NCBI RefSeq assembly: GCF_036365525.1
Contig: NC_090413.1
Span: forward strand, 26,798,262 to 26,862,261
Origin: Heterodontus francisci
Lineage: Eukaryota
Direction: 5' to 3'
Length of the DNA: 64,000 nucleotides
The notes beneath the pieces are model-generated. The model did no database searches and was not told the DNA's origin. It was given only the letters and a program-made list of their open reading frames with translations. Each line of letters opens with the position of its first letter. The first letter of the stretch is position 1. A program made the position numbers and the translations under genes. This document shows, in pieces, positions 36,501 to 46,600 of the stretch.

Positions 36501-38602
36501 AGTCTGTCCCGTCCACTTTTGCCGAAGATCTTGTGAACCTCACGAAGGCAGCGTCGGGTGAACGGCTGAAGGCCCCTCCCTGGCATCGAGCGGTCAACCT
36601 ATCGTCTGCAGCAGGGAAACGCTTCATCAGTTTTGCAAAATACAGCAAATTTGGAGATGGTAATGTACTTTCTCCATTAACAGTGTAGCTCCCTTCTTAC
36701 CCTATCTCAGTCCGATTTACCTTTCTCTACTCTTGCCGAATCTCAGGCATTTCCCCCTTGCAAACCATTCCAGCTTACACATGCTTTCAACACTCCTGCA
36801 GTCAAGTGGAAGTAGATCCAATAGTAACTTTCAATTATATATATACTTGAAAATAAAGTTTGTGGGACTATGGGGAAAGAGCAGTAGAGTGGGGCTGATA
36901 GCTTAGTTTAGTTTAGTTTAGAGATACAGCACTGAAACAGGCCCTTCGGCCCAACGGGTCTGTGCTGACCATCAACCACCCATTTATACTAATCCTACAC
37001 TAATCCCAAATTCCTACCACATCCCGACCTGTCCCTAGATTCCCCTACCACCTACCTATACTAGGGACAATTTATAATGGCCAATTTACCTATCAACCTG
37101 CAAGTCTTTTGGCTTGTGGGAGGAAACCAGAGCACCCGGAGAAAACCCACGCAGACACAGGGAGAACTTTCAAACTCCACACAGGCAGTACCCGGAATCG
37201 AACCCGGGTCCCTGGAGCTGTGAGGCTGCGGTGCTAACCACTGCGCCACAGCTCTTTCAAAAGAGCTGGCACAGGTATATTTAGCATGGAAGTTATTATT
37301 GAATATGCTTCCATCACCCTTCCAGGCAGCGCATTCCAGATCACAACAACTCGCTGTGTAAAAAAAAATTCTCCTCCTCGCAACTCTGGTTCTTTTGCCA
37401 ACTACCAACCCTCCTGCCACCGGAAACAGTTATTCTCTATCTACTCTGTCAAAACCCCATGCAATTTTGAACATCTCTATTAAATGCCCCCTTAATCTTC
37501 TGAACACTAAGGAGGATAATTTCAGCTTCTTCACATAACTGAATGTAGGTGGGGAATATTTCAGCTGTTTTGACACTTTGGCTATTTTAATTCTGGCATT
37601 CCCTTTAAATTTTTGGGGCCCTAAGCCTAAACCTAATCCTTAGAGGATCATTAGGGGATGCAAGGAGGTATTGTGTGGATTTACAGCACAGTAACAGGCC
37701 ATTCAGCCCAACTGCTCCATGCTGGTGTTTATGCTCCACATGAGCTTCCTCCCATCCTAAAATAAAAGCAAAATACTGCGGATGCTGGAAATCTGAAACA
37801 AAAACAAGAAATGCTGGATTCACTCAGCAGGTCTGGCAGCATCTGTGGAAAGAGAAGCAGAGTTAACGTTTCGGGTCAGTGACCCTCCTTCCGAAGAAGG
37901 GTCACTGACCCAAAACGTTAACTCTGCTTCTCTTTCCACAGATGCTGCCAGACCTGCTGAGTGATTCCAGCATTTCTTGTTTTTGTTCCTCCCATCCTAC
38001 TTCATTTTGCCCTTTCTCCCTCATGTGTTTATCTGGCTTCCCCTTAAAAGCATCTACACTATTCATCTCAACTACTCCCTGTGGTAGCTAGTTCCACATT
38101 CTCACCACTCTCTGGTGAGGCTCTCCTGATTTCTGTATTGATTTGTTAATGACTATCTCACATTTATGGTCTAGATGGAATGGGTAGAGATGCTGTTGAT
38201 CACTGTTATATGTTCTTCTACATTGCAGATTTATACTCCGGCTGGGTGGCGAGCTTCTTTCAGAGTGACTTGTTGGTTGAGACGTGGCCAAATTCTGAGC
38301 ACACACTCCTGTCCAACTGCAGCATGAAGTACGCAGTGTACAACGTGAAGAAAGTTACATTCACCGCAAACATCAGCTTCAGCAGCCATGACGATCACTC
38401 AAAATGGTGCGTGACAAGCTCAGGCGGAGATGTTAAGTGGACGTGCATTGGGGATATCAACCGAGACCAGGCGCAGGAACACAGAGGAGGTGGAACTGTC
38501 TGCACCAATGATCCAGTTGTCTGGGATTCTTTCTTGAGCCTAGCTGCATCCTGCGAGATCTGCAACTGTCCTTGCAATGAGGAGCAAAGAAGGAATTTCT
38601 GA
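27482..38602 (+). CDS. DNASE2: Deoxyribonuclease II (lysosomal DNase II alpha), 6 coding exons, 362 aa
   Basis: join(27482..27594,29751..29916,31814..31889,33458..33619,36462..36659,38229..38602) = 1089 nt; signal peptide, SCYND.GQPVDWF..YKLP, YNDQ, GHTKG, GFWLVHSTP.FP, DHSKW, CIGDINR...Q..RGGGT.C. Confidence 0.95.
27713..27880 (-). mobile_element. 3' fragment of the Crack/Daphne-like LINE (others at ~3130-3222, 10785-10925, 26870-27055, 29360-29590, all -)
   Basis: Reverse-complement match to ~7700-7880. Confidence 0.85.
29751..29916 (+). CDS. DNASE2: DNase II coding exon 2
   Basis: FIIYKLPK...GAVGKTVQQFY...HQ. Confidence 0.93.
31050..31470 (-). mobile_element. CR1 3' fragment
   Basis: SRTRGHNFKIR..PFR..VRKQFFTQR..EIWNSLPQKAVEA. 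Confidence 0.8.
31814..31889 (+). CDS. DNASE2: DNase II coding exon 3 (first HxK motif)
   Basis: SDDVAYVLYNDQ...GHTK. Confidence 0.93.
33458..33619 (+). CDS. DNASE2: DNase II coding exon 4
   Basis: GVVLLDQKQGFWLVHSTPHFP...NGQSFLCVTY. Confidence 0.94.
34107..35069. mobile_element. Solo LTR (~963 bp) inserted in a CR1 3' fragment
   Basis: TGTTAC...GTAATA termini; 4-bp near-TSD GGTG/AGTG; host CR1 sequence (gagatgaagaggggtg|gaagaaggctcgtgtgg) rejoins across it. Confidence 0.7.
35988..36348 (+). mobile_element. Young V-domain tRNA SINE (HE1-like)
   Basis: A/B boxes, V domain, (CTAAA)n tail. Confidence 0.92.
36462..36659 (+). CDS. DNASE2: DNase II coding exon 5
   Basis: GTQLLYNNPRVY...SFAKYSKFGD; 198 nt, phase 1-1. 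Confidence 0.94.
36903..37249 (-). mobile_element. Young V-domain tRNA SINE (HE1-like)
   Basis: Reverse complement of the 35988-36348 family. Confidence 0.92.
37760..37985. mobile_element. Palindromic Penelope pLTR mini-element with 14-bp TSD
   Basis: Arms ~37797-37891 / 37893-37987; TTCCTCCCATCCTA at 37746-37759 and 37986-37999; sequence matches 22170-22270. Confidence 0.88.
38229..38602 (+). CDS. DNASE2: DNase II coding exon 6 (second HxK motif, stop)
   Basis: DLYSGWVA...DHSKWCV...CIGDINR...RGGGTVC. Confidence 0.95.
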
Positions 38603-41230
38603 GCTGGGGCTGGGATGGTGGTTTCAGGGTAAATGTGCACCGATTAGCTTTTCCTTTGCTTTTGCCAGTTTGGGTTTAAGAGCTTGTTTGTATATTAGTA
38701 CACAGAGAGCATGACAAATACTTATAGTCTGTTGGAATCCCATCCAGCGAGCTCAAGGTCATATCCAGATTTGGCCAAGGTTTGCCTCTAATGGACAATG
38801 GCCTTGATATTTTCTTTCAGATCCATATTTTGGATGAGATGTTAAACCGAGGCTTCATCTGCCCTCGAAGGTAGATGTAAAAATCTCATGGCACTATTCT
38901 GAAGAACAACTGAGGAAGGATATACATGCCATAGAGGGAGTGCAGTGGAGGTACACCAGACTGATTCCTGGGATGGTGGGATTGTCCTATGAGGAGAGCA
39001 TACGAACAGACCAATTAGGAGCAGGAGTAGGCCAATCGGCCCTTCGAGCCTGCTCTGCCATTCAATAAGTTCATGGTTGAACTGATTACTCCACATTTCC
39101 ACCTAACCCCAATAACCTTCCACCCCCTTGACTATCAAGAATCTATCTACCTCTGCCTTAAAAATATTCAAAGACTCTGCTTCCACTGCTTTTTGAGGAA
39201 GAGAATTCCAAAGACTCACGGCCCTCTGAGAGAAAAAATTTCTCCTCATCTCTGTCTTAAATGGGCAACCCCTTATTTTTAAACAGTGACCCTTAGTTCT
39301 AGATTCTCCCACAAGGGGAAACATCCTTTCCACATCCACCCTGTCAAGACCCCTCAGGATCTTATATGTTTCAATCAAGTCGCCTCTTACTCTTCTAAAT
39401 TCCAGCGAATACAAGCCTAGCCTGTCCAATCTTTCCTCATAAGGCAGCCCATCCATTCCAGGTATTAGTCTAGTAAACCTTCTCTGTACTGCCTCCAACG
39501 CATTTACATCCTTCCTTAAATAAGGACACCAGTACTGTACACAGTACTCCAGATGTGGTCCCACCAATGCCCTGTATAGCTGAAACATAACCTCCCTACT
39601 TTAGTGTTCAATTCCCCTCGCGATAAACAATAACATTCTATTAGCTTTCCTAATTACGTGCTGTACCTGCATATTAACCTTTTACGATTCATGCACTAGG
39701 ACACCCAGATTCCTCTGCATCTCAGAGCTCTGTAATCTCTCACCATTTAGATAATATGCTTCTTTTTTATTCTTCCTGTCAAAGTGGACAATTTCACACT
39801 TTCCCACATTATACTCCATTTGCCAGGTCTTTGCCCACTCACTTAACCTATCAATATCCCTTTGTATCCTCCTTATGTCGTCTTCACACGTTACTTTCCT
39901 ACCTATCTTTGCGTCATCAGCAAATTTAGCAACCATACCTTCAGTCCCTTCATCCAAGTCATTTATATAAATTGTAAAAAGTTGAGGCCCTGTGGCACTG
40001 AGAGATTGAAGAGAATTTGCCTGTATTCTCTGGTGTTTAGAAGAATGAGAGGCGATCTCATAGAAACTTACAAAATTCTTAAATGGAATGGAATTTTGGC
40101 ATTTATTGCGAAAGGAATAAAAGTAGGGAAGTATTGCTGCAACTTTACATGGCATTAGTGAGACTGCACCTGGAGTATTGCGTACAGTTTTGGTCCCCTT
40201 ACTTGAGGAGGGGTGTAGTTGTATTGGAGGCAATTCAGAGGAGGTTCCCTAGACTGATTTCAGAGATGAGGGGTTTGTCTTATGAAGAGAGATTGAGCAG
40301 TTTAGGCCTTTACTCACTTGAGTTTAGAGAGGAGATCTAATTGAGGTATTTAAGATGATTAACAAAGTAGACGTAGAGAGGATCTTTCCTCTTGTGGGGC
40401 AATCTAGAACGAGAGGTCATAGTTTTAGGATAAGGGGTAGCAGATTTAAAACAGAGATGAGGAGAAATTACTTCTCTCAAAGGGTCATGAGGCTATGGAA
40501 TTCACTACCCCAGAGTGCGGTGGATGCCGGGACATTGAGTAAATTTAAGGAGGAGATAGACAGATTTTTAATTAGAAATGGGTTGAAGGGTTATGGAGAA
40601 TGGGCAGGAAAGTAGAGTTGAGGCCGAGATGAGATCAGCCAGGCTCGAGGGGCTGAATTGCCTACTCCTGCTCCTAGTTCTTATGTTCTAAAGGGATAGA
40701 CAAGGTGGATGCAGGAAGGATGTTTCCCTTGGCTGTGGGGTCTAGAACCCAGGGGACACAATTTCCGAATAAAGGGCAAGCCATTTAGGACTGAGATGAG
40801 GAGCAACTTCTTCACTCAGAGAGTGGTGAATCTTTGGAATTCTCGGCCCCCGAGGGTGGTGGAAGCTCAGTCACTGAGTAAGTTCAAGACAGAGATCGAT
40901 AGATTTCTAGTTGCTAATGACATCAAGGGAAATGGGGATAGTGCGAGAATATGGCGTTGAGACAGATGATCAACCATGATCTAGAATGGCGCAGCAGGTT
41001 TGAAGGGTTGAATGGCCAGTCCTGCTCCTATGTTCTCCCCTGTGTCCTGGCCAACATGTATCCCTTAACCAAAATCACTAAAACAGATTATCCAGTCATT
41101 GCTGTTTGTGGGGGCTTGCTGTGCAGAAATTGGCTACTGCATTTACTACGTAACTACACTTTAAAAGTACTTCATTGGCTGTAAAGTGCTCTGGGATGCC
41201 TGAGGTTGTGAAAGGCGCTATATGAATGCA

Positions 41231-41341
41231 TAATAAAAACAAGAAATGCTGGAAATACTCAGCAGGTCGGACAGCATCTGTGGAGAGAGAAGCAGAGTTA
41301 ACGTTTCAGGTCAGTGACCTTTCATCAGAACTGACAAAAAT
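41231..41341 (-). mobile_element. ~110-bp Penelope terminus fragment
   Basis: Matches 22160-22265; flanked by imperfect 16-nt repeat GCGCTATATGAATGCA / GCACTATATAAATGCA. Confidence 0.82.
41296..41332 (-). ncRNA. Minimal type I hammerhead ribozyme motif
   Basis: Minus strand AGTT-CTGATGA-A[AGGTC act GACCT]-GAAA-CG-TT-AACT. Confidence 0.75.
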
Positions 41342-41904
41342 GCACTATATAAATGCAACTCCTTTCTTTCACTATCCGATCCTGGTTAGTTTCCCATGGC
41401 TCCTTTCCCTGATATTGGGCTTTGAAGTGAAACAGAAAGACAGGCTTATGTCATTGAAGTATGTTGGCATTTCCAGGGGACACGCTACCTACGGTGCTTA
41501 GAACTAATACTGCTCTTCCTCCAATAGAAATGTGATGTGGGGCAGCCCCACACTTTACTGCCCGCCCTCCACAGACATAAAGATGCTTGAGTGCCTCACT
41601 CTTTCCGTTCCTTGCTTCGAGAGTGGCTGAGATTGATGATGGTTTTCCTGCCACAGTGAACTGCCGCTCCAGGTCACTGTATTGGCGTCCACAAATACGT
41701 TGTTTAATTTGTAGCACTGAATATTCTTGCCTGAATCATCAGTAAATCAGTGGTGCTGTGTAACAGAATAAATCCTGGGTTTAACCTCAGAATTCACCTG
41801 GTATGTTGTTTCTGGTCTGGTTTTACTTTGTATAACGCTCGAAAATTAACTTTCAAATATACTGAAGTGTCAATCCATCAAGCATGTAAATGGCACATCT
41901 AAGA

Positions 41905-42320
41905 CATCATGGAACGATACTGCCCAGAAGGAGGCTATTCAGCCCATCGTGCCTGTGCTCGCTCGTTGAAAGAGCTATCCAATTTGTCCCACACTCTCCT
42001 TGCTCTTTCCCCCTAGCCCTGAAAATGTTTCCTTTTCGAGTATACATTTAATTTCCTTTTAGAGAGTTCTTATTTAATTTGCTTTCACCGCCCTTTCAGG
42101 TAGTGCATTTCAGATCACAACTCACTGAGTGAAAAAATGTCCTCATCTCCCTCCTGGTTATTTTGCGAATTAGCTTAAATCTGTGTCCTCTGGTTACCGA
42201 CCCTCCCACCAGTGGAAACAGTTTCTCCTTACTTACTCTATCAAAACCCTTGATAATTTTGAACACTTCTATTAAATCTCTTCTTAATCTTCTCTGCTCT
42301 AGGGAGAACAAACCCAGTCT
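41905..42320 (-). mobile_element. CR1 3' fragment
   Basis: LGLFSLEQRRLRRDLIEVFKIIKGFDRV..EKLFP. Confidence 0.8.
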
Positions 42321-43329
42321 ATCCACAGCATTGAAGTCCTTCATTCTTGGTAAAATTCCAGCAAATATATTGCATTTGGACAACATTCCACCAATAAGCA
42401 GCAAGAAATTGGGCAGCACAAAGTTCATAGTTCACTAGGAATGTCTGAGATGAATAAAATGTTCCGAGAAATTGATTTGTGTTAAATGTTGTACTTGTGG
42501 GGATTTTGCTGGAAATTGCAGCAGTGATATGTGACCTACAGACACTAAGGTCTAGGTTGAATCTCTGGTATTGCCTTGGGGGATTAGTTATGCTCAAAAC
42601 TAACTGGTTCCTCTTACATCACCTTAGCTGAGCTGCGGCACTCAAAGATAGGATCATCGCTCCTCAAATCTTTTCACATCTTAACTCATTATACCCCAGG
42701 ATTTTAAAACTGGAAATCAACAACTTATATTTATAGTAAATAAAAGCTGACAGCAAGGCAGATTACCAAAAGCTTGATCAAAGATCTAGGTCTTAAGGAG
42801 CATCTTGAAGGAGGAAAGAGAGGCGGAGGGCAGAGGTTCCAGAGATTAGGGCCTTGGCAGTTGAAGGTACGGCCACCAATAATAGAGCAATTGAAATCAG
42901 GGATGTTCAAGAGGCCAGAACTGGATGAGTGTAGAGATCTCTGAGGGTTGCGGGACTGGAGGAGAGTACAGAGATAGGGAGGGGTGAGGCCATGGAGGGA
43001 TTTGAAAAATAGGATGAGTATCTTAAAAATGGAAGCATTGCTTAACTGGGAGCCAATATAGGTCAGAGAGCACAGGGGTGATGGGTGAATGGGACGGCGT
43101 GAGTAAGGACACGGGAGTTTTCGATGACCTCAAGTTTACGGAGGGTAGAATGTGGGAGACCGGCCAGGAATGCATCAGAATAGTCAAGTCTAGAGGTAAT
43201 AAAGGCATGGATGAGGGTTTCAGCAGGAAGTGAGCTGAGGCAGGGGTGAATCTCCTTGCTCTGATATTGCTGGAACACTCTAGCCATTGGGACTTGGCTG
43301 AGCTTCTGGCTCTGTTTAAATTGTTCTGT

Positions 43330-43562
43330 GGGGTGCTGCGCTGCCTTCCCTGCAGAGGGCGCTAGCCTAGCAACGCGGGGGGGGGGGGGCTGCTGGAGGA
43401 ACCTCTCAACCTAACTCGCTAGGCGGCAATGATTGACGTTAGAGATTGACCAATAGTGAGTCGCGCTGAGGGACGGAGTAACCAGTAGAGAGCTGGGAGG
43501 CGGGGCCCGGGCTGGCCCAGCAGGTTGGGTTGCGCGGCGGCGGAGTTGAGGAGAAGATGGCG
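43330..43562 (+). promoter_or_regulatory. CpG-rich housekeeping-type promoter / 5' UTR of DCAF15
   Basis: Local CpG enrichment, CCAAT (43450-43454), GC box GGGAGGCGGGG (~43495), YY1-like AAGATGGCG overlapping the ATG. Confidence 0.75.
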
Positions 43563-43631
43563 CCGAGTTGGAACAAGCGTCCGAGTGGGAGGAAGAAAAG
43601 CAACGTCCTGAGGAGCTTATACCGGCTGAAG
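43557..43631 (+). CDS. DCAF15: DCAF15 exon 1
   Basis: [25 protein letters not shown]|gtact. Confidence 0.88.
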
Positions 43632-46600
43632 GTACTGGAATGGGCGGCAGGCCAGGCTCAGTTAACATCTGACACTTACTGTGCCTGCACAGAGTGAAAT
43701 CCCCCTAAATAAAGCTGTAAAACTGGGATTGACTCAGTGGGGAAAATAACTCCAAATTCTCCCTCTCTCCCACAGCAACATCTCAAAAATATAATAATCA
43801 ACCACTTTCCATTAACCAGGACAGCTTAAAATGTTTTATTTTGAATGCAATATACCGCAAATCCCCTAAAGCTGCCAGGAGCTATTGAGCTGTGGTTACC
43901 ATCATCATATATTTATTTGTTTAAAGTGGTACAATTCATTTCAATTGCAAAATGAGACCTCAAAAGCTGGATAAATGAAAGATTGTCTTTTACGCTTGCT
44001 TTCAGCATCCTCTTCAATGTGTGTGTGTTTTAACCTTGCCCAGATTGAAATTGCACGTTAATAATCAGTGCTTGCCAGTGAAATTCCTTTGTTTGCTGGT
44101 TTTTGCACCACTCTTCTCCCCAACTTTCTTCTGAAAAGGATTCGCCCCCAATGACAGTCAGGAGTTTTCGCGTTGGTAGTGTTGTTAAATGTTGTGCACT
44201 GGGATTTTTTTTTTCCCTCCCCTTTTTAAAAAAAAAAAGCCCTGTGTGATATCTGGGTGTTCCAGGAGCACCCATTTCCTGCCCTCTTCACAAGGTTCAA
44301 TGTGTTTGGTAATCCAAAATCTGAAGACTGATTGCCTCGTCTGTCAAGTGGTTCACTGGCTCAATTCACTACCACGTTGACCAGTTGAGATGAATAGTAT
44401 CGATGCATTGAAGGGGAAGCTGGATAAACATAAGGGAGAACGGAATAGAAGGATATGTTGATAGGCTGAGACGAGGCTCGTATGTATCATGAAAGCCAGC
44501 ATAGACCACTTGGGCCGAATAGCCTGTTTCTGTGCTGTAGACGCGATGTAATGTTACAGAAGGGTAAACCTTCTTGTGATTGTGCCAAGGAAAGCTGGCA
44601 GTTAACTATTGTGTGTCGTTACTAGAAAATGCCCTAAATATTTCCTGCATTGTCTGCTTTATAAGCAGCAGTTTTATTCCACAACGTAGGGGAGGATACC
44701 AGGAAAGATTGTTGTCCAGTAACACTTCAGTATTCATCTCATCCTTGTAAGTTTGGTCAGTTGGTGGCAATCTGGATCAGAAAGTTTAATGGGACCGAGT
44801 CATACTACACAACTTGAGTTGGGGGTAACATTCCTTTACGGTACAAAGGGAGCGCTGCATTGTTGGAGCTGCCATATTTCGCGTGAGATGTTGAACCGAG
44901 GTCCTGCCTACTAGTTCAGGTTGATCTTAAAGTATAAGAAGAAGCTGCTGTGACCAACATTTTCCCTTAATCAGTACCACCAAATAGTAGTTTGTTTAGT
45001 TATTTGCATCACTGCTGTTTGTGGGATGTTGCTGATGCAGAATGGCCACTGTGTTTGTCTTTACAAGTCACTACATTTCAAAATGGAATTCACTGTATGA
45101 TTTACTTTCAGAATGATAACATGACACAACATACAATTATTAAGAACTAAATAGTACAGTGATTTAGATACCAGTGGTTAAATATGTGAAAATCTCTTCT
45201 ATAAAGCTGGTATATAAAATGAGTTTGGGTAGTTTCAGTGTAGTTCCTAATGAAACTGAAACTACAACAAAAAAAATTGTTCCTAATTTGGCAGTAATTG
45301 GTACAGTCACTGGGAGTGAATGGTGTGAAAATGGGAAATGTGCCATGCGCCAACAGTTTGGCAGGGGGCACTTTTAGTGTTGGGTTTTAAGTGCTCCCTC
45401 TTTTTTTAAGTTGCTTTTAAGAGCAGGGGTGTTATTTCAACCAACATCACTAGCAGTTTATGTGCTCATTATCACATTGCTATTTACGGGAGTTTGCGGT
45501 GCACAAATTGGCTGCCGTGTTTCCTACATTACAACAGTGACTGCACTTCAAAAGTACTTTATTGGCTGTAAAGCACTTTGAGGCATCCTGAAGTTGTGAA
45601 AGGCACTATAGGAATGCAAGTTTGTCTTTATCTTTTATTTTCCCATCCTCTGTCTTGGCTGGGTCAACAACATGCTCTCGATTCTCTCTCGGTTTAAGTT
45701 TCTAATATGTGTAGAATTTTCTGGAATTTTAGCTTTCTGATGAAAAAATTGGTAAAAATTTAGCAAACCTTTCCAGACATATTTGGGAGTGAGGAGTCAA
45801 TGATTAAAATGCCATTCATTGGGAGGTGAAACACTCCAAGCTTTCTGATATTCTGTTAAATTTATCACAGGCTTGTTATGATTCTTAATCCAGGTTTTAA
45901 TGGACATGGCAAGTTAAGGAGGAACTTGTTTAACAACTGGGAATTGTATATTGTGACACCAACTTTGCATCAGGGAATGATTCTTGAAATTAAATGGATA
46001 CTCTAGGGGCTTTTACTCCCTCTAATTAAATTCTTTAATTAAAAGCCGAGCTTAGAAGTTAGCACCATTCAGATTACCCTGTTGAGATCTTTCTGGGCAT
46101 TGCTGTTTTCTCATGCTTGTTCTGGAACAGAAGAGTGTTATGATGAGGAGTGGGTGGACAGTTGCTTCCTAGTCCCAACTTAGCTGAATGGTGAGTCAAG
46201 TTTTCGATTATCGCAGGCCTTTCCACAGTTTGTCATTACATGGTTGGGTCAGGTGTAGGGCTGTGTGGAGATCAGGGCAATGTAAAGTATCAAGCCATTC
46301 GAACGCAGTCCTTGACCAAACAATAACCCGTTGTCACGTGATTCTTATTTTTAAGGCTACAAACGGCTGTTCCTTTTTCTCTGTTTTACAGATAACTGGC
46401 CAGTTCTCGCACCGAATGTTCCAAAATTTGCCTCCCATTCTTTGCGTCCCCCTGAAGAACATTGTGGATGATGATTTTTTACTAGCTGGGTACGTAAACC
46501 ATTTCCTGAGTTAACAGATATTTTAATTCCTACCTTTTTATGTTGAGAAGAATTAGGTTCATTCATTGATTTAACTTGAGAATGTTAGGTCCCAAGACCT

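Larger units (their letters stand above)
38830..41360. mobile_element. Nested retroelement cluster: DeuSINE interrupted by an old CR1 (+, ~38912-41035), which is interrupted by two younger CR1 pieces (38999-39999 -, ~40083-40688 +)
   Basis: Host sequences rejoin across each insert; GAGAG TSD at 38994-38998 / 40000-40004; CR1 RT motifs KFADD, HLEYCVQ.W.PY. Confidence 0.85.

Noticed and set aside
37861-37925. Active hammerhead inside the palindrome
   Set aside because: Plus arm has CCGAAGA and AAAA in place of CUGAnGA and GAAA, the minus arm lacks an intact first box, and the long hairpin would out-compete the ribozyme fold
38999-40688. A further head-to-head single insertion event
   Set aside because: The host CR1 rejoins across each insert and a GAGAG TSD is present, so these are nested independent insertions
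43411-43668. Antisense 85-aa ORF over the DCAF15 promoter
   Set aside because: GC-rich region with few stops; no recognisable protein features
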